A stretch of DNA of 16,124 nucleotides from Promethearchaeota archaeon (GTDB lineage Archaea; Asgardarchaeota; Lokiarchaeia; Sigyniarchaeales; SOKP01). The translations under genes were made by a program, and so were the position numbers. The notes beneath the pieces are model-generated. The model was given only the letters and a program-made list of their open reading frames with translations, ran no database searches and was not told the DNA's origin. Of the stretch, positions 1 to 8,055 are shown one piece after another (positions within the stretch are counted from its first letter, which is position 1; every line of letters starts with the position of its first letter). Location of the stretch: positions 1-16,124 of the forward strand of contig JAEOTR010000085.1 of the NCBI GenBank assembly GCA_016839705.1. The letters are read 5' to 3'.

Positions 1-2
1 AA

Positions 3-440
3 AACATGAATTTATTCCCGGGGGATTCAATTGGGGGGCATCATCTAGGTTCAGGATTTTCTCGACCGACTGCATATCCTCCTCATTTTAATCACGTATC
101 TTATTCTAAAACTGTTAAGAAGTTATCACAGATTGATAATATGAAATCTGTAAGTTTAGCTCATTTTGGTGTAGCTACCGGCCCTGAAGTTCAAGAAGTA
201 TTTAAAATATCAGAAGATGTATTCAAAGCTTACAAAGATACAGTAGTTGAAAGTTATCAGAAGTATAATGGTGATCTCAATTCAATAATAACTGCTCTTC
301 TAGATAAATTTGGTCGTTCTCCAAACGAAATTAAGCATAATCGACCCAACTCGTTGATTTTCAGGACATTAGGTGGAATATCGATTGGGTTTATAAACGC
401 GTTGGGTCTAAAATCTAAATTTAAAGTAGATTCAAAATAA
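3..440 (+). CDS. MBL-fold metallo-hydrolase, C-terminal part (gene starts before the window)
   Basis: The frame is open from the window edge (aac atg aat tta ttc ccg ggg gat). LFPGDS, PTAYPPHF and SLAHFG match the late motifs of metallo-beta-lactamase-fold hydrolases (LFxGD ... HFG). The HxHxDH motif would lie upstream, outside the window. Confidence 0.7.
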   Translation, partial: NMNLFPGDSIGGHHLGSGFSRPTAYPPHFNHVSYSKTVKKLSQIDNMKSVSLAHFGVATGPEVQEVFKISEDVFKAYKDTVVESYQKYNGDLNSIITALLDKFGRSPNEIKHNRPNSLIFRTLGGISIGFINALGLKSKFKVDSK

Positions 441-517
441 TTTGCTTTTAAAAGCCTTTATACAATTTCAAATCTTCATTTGGAGAAAACAGTGTAAGTA
501 ACGAAGGATTGATTGTT

Positions 518-1222
518 TTAACTCAAAAATATTTCTTTTATAAAAACTTCAAGAAAAGGAAAATCCTTTGTCTCAATAACTTGACCTGTGTTATAATATA
601 CATCGAGAATTTTTCTTATAGGATCGTTTTCTTGGAGTTTCTCAGCAAATCTAGATAATTTTTGCTGAGCTTGATAGGATTGTCCCTTAAATACATAGCA
701 AATTATGAAATTAGAAACTGATTTCATAAGTACCGTAAACTCACCAAATCTAGCTCTATCAAGTTCCCGAGAGAAAAATTCATTGCTAAACGATGTAAAA
801 GCTGATAAGAAATTTCCGAAAATATCATTGTTACTTTTCCATTCTTCAGTAAAAGGATATGAAAACATCAAAGCACCGCCCTCTGTTATTATTAGGAGTA
901 CAAGTGGATCTTCATTAATGAGTTCCGGAATGTCAATTTGCTTTTTTTCTTGTATCCGATCTATGGTTTCATCTAACGATGCTAAATCTATTCGCTCTGA
1001 TATTGTTGCTTTTCTTCTTTTTAAATCTTCCCACTCATTAAATTGTTCTAATAATTTATCATGTTCACTTGAAATTTGATATGCTAATAACTGAAGTCCG
1101 TGAGGTTCAGCAATCTGTTGAGCCTTAGTTAAATATAGTCTTGCATCTCCTAAATTCATTCTTAATAAAGAAACTTTTCCTTGCAATAGATATGCTTGAG
1201 CTTGGAGTGAATAAGAATTCAT
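518..1222 (-). CDS. TPR-like helical segment plus C-terminal longin-like domain; probably the 5'-truncated remnant of a longer Asgard TPR protein
   Basis: AQAYLLQGKVSLLRMNLGDARLYLTKAQQIAE is a TPR-like helix pair. The C-terminal PLVLLIITEGGALMFSYPF...FLSAFTSFSNEFF...FGEFTVLM...IICYVFKG fits the beta-beta-alpha-beta-beta-beta-alpha longin pattern. An in-frame TAG lies 9 codons upstream of the ATG. Confidence 0.65.
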   Translation of the reverse strand: MNSYSLQAQAYLLQGKVSLLRMNLGDARLYLTKAQQIAEPHGLQLLAYQISSEHDKLLEQFNEWEDLKRRKATISERIDLASLDETIDRIQEKKQIDIPELINEDPLVLLIITEGGALMFSYPFTEEWKSNNDIFGNFLSAFTSFSNEFFSRELDRARFGEFTVLMKSVSNFIICYVFKGQSYQAQQKLSRFAEKLQENDPIRKILDVYYNTGQVIETKDFPFLEVFIKEIFLS

Positions 1223-1447
1223 TAGCTTTGCTGAAATCTTTACCCACTAAATTTTAGTAAGTTCAATTTTTTACTCGGTTTAAAGAAAACTAAGCTTAAA
1301 GTACCTAACAGAAACAAATCTACCTCTCAAAAAGTTGGAAAAATCTTTATTAACTATCGTGTTAAAATTACCCGAGACAAATATAACTTAAAAAATAATT
1401 ATAAATATGATCAAGATAATATAATTATTAAATTAAAATTTTGATAG

Positions 1448-1663
1448 GTGGTTACCATAAAACAAATATCAGACTTGTTGGAAACTGGTCTCTATGAGAC
1501 GTTCACTCCCGATCGAGAAATGTTGGTTGCTGATCTTCTAAAAGAATTGAACTTGGAAGATAAATATTTCGGTATCTTAGTCAATGGAAAGAAGGCAGAA
1601 CCTAATACAAAAATTAAGGAAACCGATGAAATAGTTATCTTACCTCACATTGCGGGAGGATAA
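1448..1663 (+). CDS. MoaD/ThiS family ubiquitin-like sulfur carrier (SAMP-like)
   Basis: 71 aa, GTG start, beta-grasp signature (VADLLKEL, ILVNG, DEIVILP) and C-terminal AGG followed by stop. Confidence 0.9.
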   Translation: MVTIKQISDLLETGLYETFTPDREMLVADLLKELNLEDKYFGILVNGKKAEPNTKIKETDEIVILPHIAGG

Positions 1664-1670
1664 TAACTAA

Positions 1671-1699
1671 CTTATTATTTTTTTATTCTCTTATTTTTT
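1671..1699 (+). terminator. T-rich archaeal-type terminator between the convergent ThiS-like gene and rnz
   Basis: cttattatttttttattctcttatttttt lies just after the ThiS-like stop codon. Confidence 0.4.
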
Positions 1700-1724
1700 A
1701 AGATCGATATCTACAATAATTAAA

Positions 1725-2711
1725 TTATTTTAGCTCAATTTTAAGTAGGTCTTCTGCTAAAATGGTGTTAGGAAAGATTTCTTTGGCTTCTTCAAGAAGT
1801 TTCAGAGCGTCCTCTTGATATCTAGTTGAAATGTGAGTAAGAATTAATTGTTTTGCATTCATTTCTTTGGCATCCATAGCAGCATCAGTAGAGGTTGAAT
1901 GTTTCTTTTCTTTCGCAATTTCCGCCAATTTTACGGCGAATGTTGCTTCATGAATCAAAATATCTGAGTTCTTACCTAAATCAATAAGGGACTTAGTTGG
2001 TCTTAAATCACCGGAATATGTTATTTTCCTTCCAGGTCTTTTTGGTCCGACAATTCCTTCTTTATTTGGATCTATTTCTTTTCCATTAAATTCAACCATT
2101 TGCCCTTCTTGCAATTTACTCCATAGATGACTCTCAGGAATAGCTAACTCTCTTACTCTTTCGGGATTAAATTTGCCAGGACGAGGTTTTTCGATAAATG
2201 AATAAGCATACGTAATAACAGAATGATCTACTAAAGCGAATTTCATTGAAAAGTATTTTGTATCAAAAATAATCTTATCCGTTATTTTACTCGTTGTTTT
2301 TGGGGTTTCTGATTCTAATCCTTCAAATTCAATTAATTCGCCAGTCGTATAATCAATTTCTACAATTTTGATGGGATATTTAGCTTTTAAGCCAAGAATT
2401 TTATAATGAGTGTAAAGATATAAAAATAGGTTTCTAGGTCCAAACACTGATAGTGGAGCAGTTCGTTCGTTTAAACTTAAGCGAAATAAAAATCCGGGAA
2501 GACCAATTATATGATCTCCATGGAAATGGCTAATAAAAATCATCAAGGGTTTATTAAATTTTAAACCAGCTTCAGCAAACCTACGTTGGAAGTCTTCTCC
2601 ACAATCAAATAATATGATTTGATTTCGATACCTGAGCGCAATTGAGGATAGATTACGTTCTCTTGTAGGTGTGGCTGCAGAGCTGCCCAAAATAATTAGG
2701 TCTAGACTCAT
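1725..2711 (-). CDS. rnz: Ribonuclease Z (tRNA 3' processing endonuclease)
   Basis: LGSSAATPTRERN, LFDCGE, SHFHGDH metal motif, exosite arm (PGKF...GPKRPGRK), YSGD, HEATF, HST and LTHISTRY. Confidence 0.95.
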   Translation of the reverse strand: MSLDLIILGSSAATPTRERNLSSIALRYRNQIILFDCGEDFQRRFAEAGLKFNKPLMIFISHFHGDHIIGLPGFLFRLSLNERTAPLSVFGPRNLFLYLYTHYKILGLKAKYPIKIVEIDYTTGELIEFEGLESETPKTTSKITDKIIFDTKYFSMKFALVDHSVITYAYSFIEKPRPGKFNPERVRELAIPESHLWSKLQEGQMVEFNGKEIDPNKEGIVGPKRPGRKITYSGDLRPTKSLIDLGKNSDILIHEATFAVKLAEIAKEKKHSTSTDAAMDAKEMNAKQLILTHISTRYQEDALKLLEEAKEIFPNTILAEDLLKIELK

Positions 2712-4024
2712 TTTTTTCGTAGTTGAGCAATTTCTAATCTTTGTTCAACATTTTGTTTTTCTAAATCTTGAACGATCCCTTTTAGTTCTCGCAGTCTTAA
2801 TGTTAAATGGGGATCTTCTTGAGGTTGAGGAGGAGCTCGAATAGTCTGTTCTTCGTATTGTTTTTGTATCTCATTAAGTTTTTGATCTCTTAATTTTAAT
2901 TGGTTTTCTAATTGCCTATACCTTTTTTTAATTTGCACTGCCTCATTCTTAATCGTTTCAATTTCTTCCTCTTTTGTTTTTAATTGTTTCTGCAAAAACA
3001 TTGCCAGTTCTCTTTGCATTTTTAAGTTCCCTTCTGATTCTTTCTGTGATTTACTTGTTCCAGGTGTGTCTCCACTTTTATATTTGTTTATTTGTTCTTG
3101 AAGTGATCTTACTTGTAATTTTGATTTATTTAATTGGTTTTGTAAATCTTCTTTTAGGGTTTTCATCACTCCTGATGACACAGCATCAGATTGCCCTGAA
3201 GTTACAGGAATTTCACCTTTGCTAGATCTTTTATTTTTCAGACTTTCCATTTCGCGATTTTTGGAATCTAATAGTTCTTCTAACTCTTTATTTCTCCCTT
3301 CCATTTTTTTTATTTCTTTGGTATCACTTTTTTTATCTGGTTTTTTAGATTTTTTAGAGAGTTTCTGTTTTAAATCGATTATTTCCATCTTAGACTTATT
3401 CAATTGGTTTTGCAGATCTTCTATTAAATCTTTAGCCATTGAATCACCACTTTCACTAGCAGAGGTAGTACTCAAATCTTTTATTTTCTGGTTTAGTCCA
3501 TTGATATCTGATTTATAAGTTTCGATAATACTTTCATAGTTCCTTACCTTTTCAATAGACTCTTCCGCTTGCTTAATAATAGCTTGTAATTGGGTTATTT
3601 CTGATTTTTGCTTATTCACTTTATCCTGTAATTCTTTTACCAAGGCATTTAGCGGTGGTTTTTCTCTCAAATCTTCTACTCTGATAACCGATGAGCTTTC
3701 TTGGCTTTTTTTAAGCTTCCCCAAATCTTGTTGGAACCGAACATTTTCTTTTCTTAGGAAACCCATTCTGTCTTTTAAATCTCTAATTTCCTCATCTTTT
3801 TCCCTAAGTCTGAGAGTCATCTTAGATTCAGCTGCCTGTCTCTTCTTACCTTTTTTTTTATCATCTGGAACAAGTTGCTCTAATTGCATAACCTGAGCTT
3901 CAAGTTGTTCAAGTTTGTAGAGATAATCGATGATTTCATTATCTTTTTCTGCTATTTCTCCCTCTAACTCTCTAGTTCTAGACTCTAGTTCTGTAATTCT
4001 GGTATTATGTGTCTCTTCTGACAT
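2708..4024 (-). CDS. Long coiled-coil hypothetical protein with an internal repeat
   Basis: 438 aa, rich in K/E/Q/L with heptad periodicity. No signal peptide, TM helix or ATPase motif is visible. Its TGA overlaps the rnz ATG (ATGA). Confidence 0.8.
   Translation of the reverse strand: MSEETHNTRITELESRTRELEGEIAEKDNEIIDYLYKLEQLEAQVMQLEQLVPDDKKKGKKRQAAESKMTLRLREKDEEIRDLKDRMGFLRKENVRFQQDLGKLKKSQESSSVIRVEDLREKPPLNALVKELQDKVNKQKSEITQLQAIIKQAEESIEKVRNYESIIETYKSDINGLNQKIKDLSTTSASESGDSMAKDLIEDLQNQLNKSKMEIIDLKQKLSKKSKKPDKKSDTKEIKKMEGRNKELEELLDSKNREMESLKNKRSSKGEIPVTSGQSDAVSSGVMKTLKEDLQNQLNKSKLQVRSLQEQINKYKSGDTPGTSKSQKESEGNLKMQRELAMFLQKQLKTKEEEIETIKNEAVQIKKRYRQLENQLKLRDQKLNEIQKQYEEQTIRAPPQPQEDPHLTLRLRELKGIVQDLEKQNVEQRLEIAQLRKK
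3119..3421 (-). repeat. Two-copy intragenic repeat encoding EDLQNQLNKSK (3389-3421 and 3119-3151)
   Basis: Identical 11-aa peptide at residues 202-212 and 292-302, 270 nt apart, differing only at synonymous sites. Confidence 0.85.
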
Positions 4025-4137
4025 AAGGAATAATCATCTAACTCTGGAAATTATGATATTAATAAATATATTGATTTTAAAATTTAACTCATTCTGTTTA
4101 TTATATATTTCCATATTTTTCAAGAAATCAGAAATTG

Positions 4138-6051
4138 TTAATAAATATCAAAATCTTTAATTGAAAATCGATTGATTTTTTTCATAATAGGAATGAGACT
4201 GAGAAAATTAAACAGTATAAATATTAAAAAGATAATAATGAATACTGTAAATGGAATATATAGTGGGGGTAAGTAAACACGACCAAAAATGATGATTGAA
4301 TTGAGTATCATGCCGATACTTAAACTTACTAGTAGTGAAGGAATAATAACAAAAAGGGATTCAAAAAAGAGAATTCTTTTCAATGATTTGTTCTTCGCAC
4401 CTACTGCCCGCATAATTAAGAAATCTCTTGCTTTTTCTATTATTCCGCCTTTTTGATAATTATATAATGATAAAACAGCAAGAACAGCAATTACTATAAT
4501 TAAAAACATCGGGTAAAGAGAAAGATTTGAGATGAAACTCAAATTTTTCTCGAAAGCACCGTCTAATCTAAGATGTGTAAAGTCATCTCCCAAAGTTGCC
4601 GAAATGTTGTTAAGTTCATCTTTTACCTCATTGTAAAAATCTGGTGTAAGCTTTAAGACCAGTAAATTGATTTCTTCATTCATAAGGTTTAACATTATTC
4701 GGGTTTCATTTATACTAGCATAACCAACCCATCCTGAGTAAAAGCTATCGATAACAACGCCACTAATATGGAATGAAGTTGCATAAGAACTAAGTTCTAA
4801 ACTCTGGTCTAAGGCGTAGTCGAATAAATTGTAAGCCAAACTATGACCTATCGTAATATTATCATAAGCATCCTCATTTGTGAAGAATTTTCCCTCTATT
4901 TCAAAATTTTGGATAATATTATCGGGATTTACTCCTATAATCGGGATAATTGCTTCTCTATTTTGTCCTACTTGTCTAAATTCTTCTATATCTTCAAAGA
5001 AGTGTATTCCTAGTTTTTCTTGGACTTCATAAAAACTAATTAATCTTTCATCAAATTCTTCGATCCCTTCAATATTCTTAATTTCATTGACATCGCTTAG
5101 GTTAAATAGATATTGTGATTCAGTAAAGTTAATTGCATTATTATCAATTAAGATCTCTGGATTTGAAAACATCTGATACATTAAAGAATAATTATAAATA
5201 ACCTCTTGATGCCCAAATATGATAATGTTATCACTTTGTGATCTATGAATCCACTCCTCTGATGATGTCTTTAAAACTATTGTCCCTAATCCTAAAGTAA
5301 AAATTATAAGGCAAATTAATGAAAATACAACAAGGTATCTCCGAAATTCACCCTTTCGTCTTAAAGTATTAATAATTGATATCTTGATATTAATACCGAA
5401 TGATGATAACCATTTTGGGATAAACTGAGTTTTTTTTGAAGCACTATAATCAACAGGAATATCTTTTGAAAATGATTTCATTATTGGTTCTCTCCCTATT
5501 TTTCTTAGGGTATATCCTGTTATGATATAAATGCTAAAAAAGCAAGAAACGAATAAGATTGGGGTAAAAACCATATCTATTTGAAACTTAATAGTTATAA
5601 AGAAACTATTCATTATTAAACTAAATATACCGAACGAGATTAGGCCAGTAATTAATCCAAGGAAGAAACCTATGAAAAATATTATATACACTTCGAGGAG
5701 ATAAAAACTATACAATCTGCGGGGTAAAGTACCTAAAGCTTTCATTATCCCAATATCTTTTTTTTTATTGATAATATGAGTGGTTGTAATTGTAACTACG
5801 ATGAAAACTGCTAAAATCAGAAATAAAATCTGTATAAATGTATTAAACTGTGTATAGACGACGTTAATACTTCCAGAGAAAAAAAACTCATTTGAAAAAG
5901 AAGTTTGGATAAAGATGTTTAAGCCTAAAGAGGAAGTAAAATATATTAGGAACTCTGTAATTGCTATTACAAAAGTAATAACAATTAAATAAGGATAGGT
6001 TTGGCCTTTTTTACGATAGAAATCTTTTAATGCAAAATCAAATGATGACAT
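4138..6051 (-). CDS. ABC transporter permease, FtsX/MacB (type VII) family
   Basis: Multiple TM segments, two FtsX-type motifs (KKKDIGIMKALG and KARDFLIMRAVGA) and a large extracytoplasmic domain in the second half. It lies directly downstream of an ABC ATPase. Confidence 0.88.
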   Translation of the reverse strand: MSSFDFALKDFYRKKGQTYPYLIVITFVIAITEFLIYFTSSLGLNIFIQTSFSNEFFFSGSINVVYTQFNTFIQILFLILAVFIVVTITTTHIINKKKDIGIMKALGTLPRRLYSFYLLEVYIIFFIGFFLGLITGLISFGIFSLIMNSFFITIKFQIDMVFTPILFVSCFFSIYIITGYTLRKIGREPIMKSFSKDIPVDYSASKKTQFIPKWLSSFGINIKISIINTLRRKGEFRRYLVVFSLICLIIFTLGLGTIVLKTSSEEWIHRSQSDNIIIFGHQEVIYNYSLMYQMFSNPEILIDNNAINFTESQYLFNLSDVNEIKNIEGIEEFDERLISFYEVQEKLGIHFFEDIEEFRQVGQNREAIIPIIGVNPDNIIQNFEIEGKFFTNEDAYDNITIGHSLAYNLFDYALDQSLELSSYATSFHISGVVIDSFYSGWVGYASINETRIMLNLMNEEINLLVLKLTPDFYNEVKDELNNISATLGDDFTHLRLDGAFEKNLSFISNLSLYPMFLIIVIAVLAVLSLYNYQKGGIIEKARDFLIMRAVGAKNKSLKRILFFESLFVIIPSLLVSLSIGMILNSIIIFGRVYLPPLYIPFTVFIIIFLIFILFNFLSLIPIMKKINRFSIKDFDIY

Positions 6052-6074
6052 ATGCTAATTTTTAGATTTTTTTT

Positions 6075-6833
6075 TTAATTTAGATCTCTTTCTTGTTCAA
6101 TAATATTACCTTGATCAAATAAGATGACTTTATCTGCAAGTGCTATTAAATCATCATCGTGAGTTACAACTATAATTGTTTTTTCTCCATTTTTTAATTC
6201 ATTAAAAAGATCTCTTATGAATTGACTGGATTTTTTATCCAGATTTGCAGTAGGTTCATCAGCTAAAATCACGGGGGGATCATTAGATAAGGCTCTAGCA
6301 ATAGCTACTCTTTGCTGTTCACCCGCAGATAATTGGAAAGGTAAATGTTCCCTCCTATCACCAAGTCTCATTTCTTTTAACAATTTGACCGCTCGGTTCC
6401 TTTGTTCTTCAAGTTTCATACCTGAGAGATTCATAGGGAACATTACATTTTCTTCAGCTGTAAGAGTGCTAATCAAATTATAATTTTGAAAAATAAATCC
6501 TGAATTCATCAAACGGAATAAAGTTAACGATTCTTGGTCCATATCAGAAATTTTTACTCCTTGATTGTATATTATCCCAGAATTGGGAGAATCTAAACCC
6601 CCTAATAAATTTAATAAGCTGGTCTTTCCAGCGCCACTCGGTCCTTTAATAACAATGAATTCACCAAATTTTACATTTAATGAAACCCCATCCACAGCTT
6701 TTACAATAAAATCTCCAATTTCATAATTTTTAACGAGATCTTTTCCAATTATTATCAAATCTGTCTTAGTTAACTCCTCTGCCAAATTATTTTCATTTGG
6801 ATCTTTAAATTCTACTAATGTATCGTCCTTCAT
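6075..6833 (-). CDS. ABC transporter ATP-binding protein, LolD/MacB-like
   Basis: Walker A GPSGAGKT, Q-loop FIFQNYNL, signature LSAGEQQ, Walker B ILADEPT and H-loop VTHD. Confidence 0.95.
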   Translation of the reverse strand: MKDDTLVEFKDPNENNLAEELTKTDLIIIGKDLVKNYEIGDFIVKAVDGVSLNVKFGEFIVIKGPSGAGKTSLLNLLGGLDSPNSGIIYNQGVKISDMDQESLTLFRLMNSGFIFQNYNLISTLTAEENVMFPMNLSGMKLEEQRNRAVKLLKEMRLGDRREHLPFQLSAGEQQRVAIARALSNDPPVILADEPTANLDKKSSQFIRDLFNELKNGEKTIIVVTHDDDLIALADKVILFDQGNIIEQERDLN

Positions 6834-7200
6834 TTCTTATTTATATCCCGTTTCTATAACTTGTAAGATTAGATTCGAATATGCTAAAATTTAGATTATT
6901 ATGCTCAAAGGTTTTACGATGATTGCGTTTATTCTAAAATTTGATGTAAAGAATTAATATTGTATTTTTATAATTTATGTTTAAATTTAAAATAAATTTA
7001 AATATTAAGGTGTCATATTAATATTTCGAGGGAAGATCGAGAAAATTCTAAAATATCCCCTAATTTCCTAATTAAAATGGTAAGTAACTAAATTTAAACC
7101 AAAGTCTTAAACTTCCTTTTTAAGATTTTGTATTTTTCTCCTCTCCCTCACTCTCCTTTCGTAATTTAAGCTCCTATTAAGTGTAGAATCCACATTATCT

Positions 7201-7217
7201 AAAAAACAAAATTTATA
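7201..7217 (+). promoter_or_regulatory. Candidate BRE/TATA for the corrinoid protein gene
   Basis: An A-rich run followed by TTTATA (7212-7217), about 65 nt before the ATG. The AT-rich context makes this uncertain. Confidence 0.3.
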
Positions 7218-7283
7218 GGATTAATTTAATTTACTACCAAATATAATTATTACAAATTTTTAATAATATTTGCGTAGATTTTT

Positions 7284-7919
7284 ATGGATTTTGAAAAATT
7301 AACTGAGTTAATAATCGAATTAGAGGTTGATGACATATCTGATGCAGTAAAAGAAGCATTAGATGAGGGTAAAGAACCTTTTGATGTATTAAATGCCTTA
7401 ACGAAGGGAATGGATGAAGTGGGGAGAAGATATGAAACAAAAGAATATTATCTCACTGAACTGGTTTTAGCAGGAGAAACAATGAAGGAAGCGTTTACGA
7501 TTTTAAAGCCTGCTTTAGCAGCAACAGATACGTCTACAGATAGAGTAAAAATAATTCTAGGTACTGTGAAAGGAGATAATCATGATATAGGAAAAAATAT
7601 TCTTGGTTCGCTCTTATTAAGCTCTGGTTTCGAATTGCTCGATCTAGGGATGGATGTAGATGAAAATACAATAGTAGAAACGGTTAAAGAAACTGGTGCC
7701 TCTATCGTAGCGTTAAGTTCATTGCTTACAATGACCGTCGAACAAATTAAAGTTGTCCACGAGGCTTTAATAGCAGCAGGTATTCGAGATAAGGTCAAAT
7801 TAATTGTTGGTGGTGCGCCCTTAAATGAAGAACTCGCGAAAAAACTAGGTGCAGATGATTTTGCTGATGATGCTGTTGATGGAGTTAAACATATTAAAAA
7901 GTTAGCGGGAAAAAATTAA
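7284..7919 (+). CDS. Corrinoid (cobalamin-binding) protein of methyltransferase systems, MtbC/MttC/MtaC-like
   Basis: N-terminal helical cap (ALTKGMDEVGRRYE...YYLTELVLAGETM) followed by the B12-binding Rossmann domain with GTVKGDNHDIGKNI (DxHxxG), SSLLT and VGGAP. Confidence 0.93.
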   Translation: MDFEKLTELIIELEVDDISDAVKEALDEGKEPFDVLNALTKGMDEVGRRYETKEYYLTELVLAGETMKEAFTILKPALAATDTSTDRVKIILGTVKGDNHDIGKNILGSLLLSSGFELLDLGMDVDENTIVETVKETGASIVALSSLLTMTVEQIKVVHEALIAAGIRDKVKLIVGGAPLNEELAKKLGADDFADDAVDGVKHIKKLAGKN

Positions 7920-8027
7920 TGTCTCGATAATTTATTTTTGATCTATTTTAATTACCATCTTACTTTTTTTAAGTTGCTTTTTTAAGATATTTATATTTTA
8001 AAAGATCATTATTTTAACTACTTTATC

Positions 8028-8055
8028 TCAATTTGAAGATTAATATTGAAATTGA
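8028..8055. promoter_or_regulatory. 28-bp imperfect palindrome, candidate operator upstream of tusA-iscS-iscU
   Basis: TCAATTTGAAGATTAATATTGAAATTGA has 12 of 14 symmetric pairs and lies about 20 bp upstream of TTTATA at 8075-8080. Confidence 0.45.

Noticed and set aside
705-1079. 124-aa + strand ORF
   Set aside because: Antisense shadow of the TPR/longin-like gene; Ser-rich with no motifs.
1394-1430. aataattata/tataattatt inverted repeat, and the 13-mer aatataattatta shared with 7241-7253
   Set aside because: A/T only, with different distances to the start codons, so it cannot be distinguished from background by eye.
2708-4024. SMC/Rad50 call, or an EnvC-like partner of the FtsX-type transporter
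   Set aside because: There are no Walker motifs, hinge or zinc hook, and no signal peptide or peptidase domain.
2974-4160. Hydrophobic + strand ORFs 2974-3225, 3219-3518 and 3930-4160 that look like membrane proteins
   Set aside because: These are the expected antisense products of the A-rich K/E/Q coiled-coil gene.
6980-7002. Perfect inverted repeat tttaaattta-aaa-taaatttaaa
   Set aside because: It is A/T only within an extremely AT-rich stretch and likely arises by chance.
6834-7283. Cobalamin riboswitch, tRNA or small ORF in the long intergenic region
   Set aside because: No B12-box or cloverleaf motifs were recognised and the reading frames examined close quickly. Only the generic structure is reported as a finding.
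7580-7798. 72-aa - strand ORF
   Set aside because: Antisense to the well-supported corrinoid protein gene.
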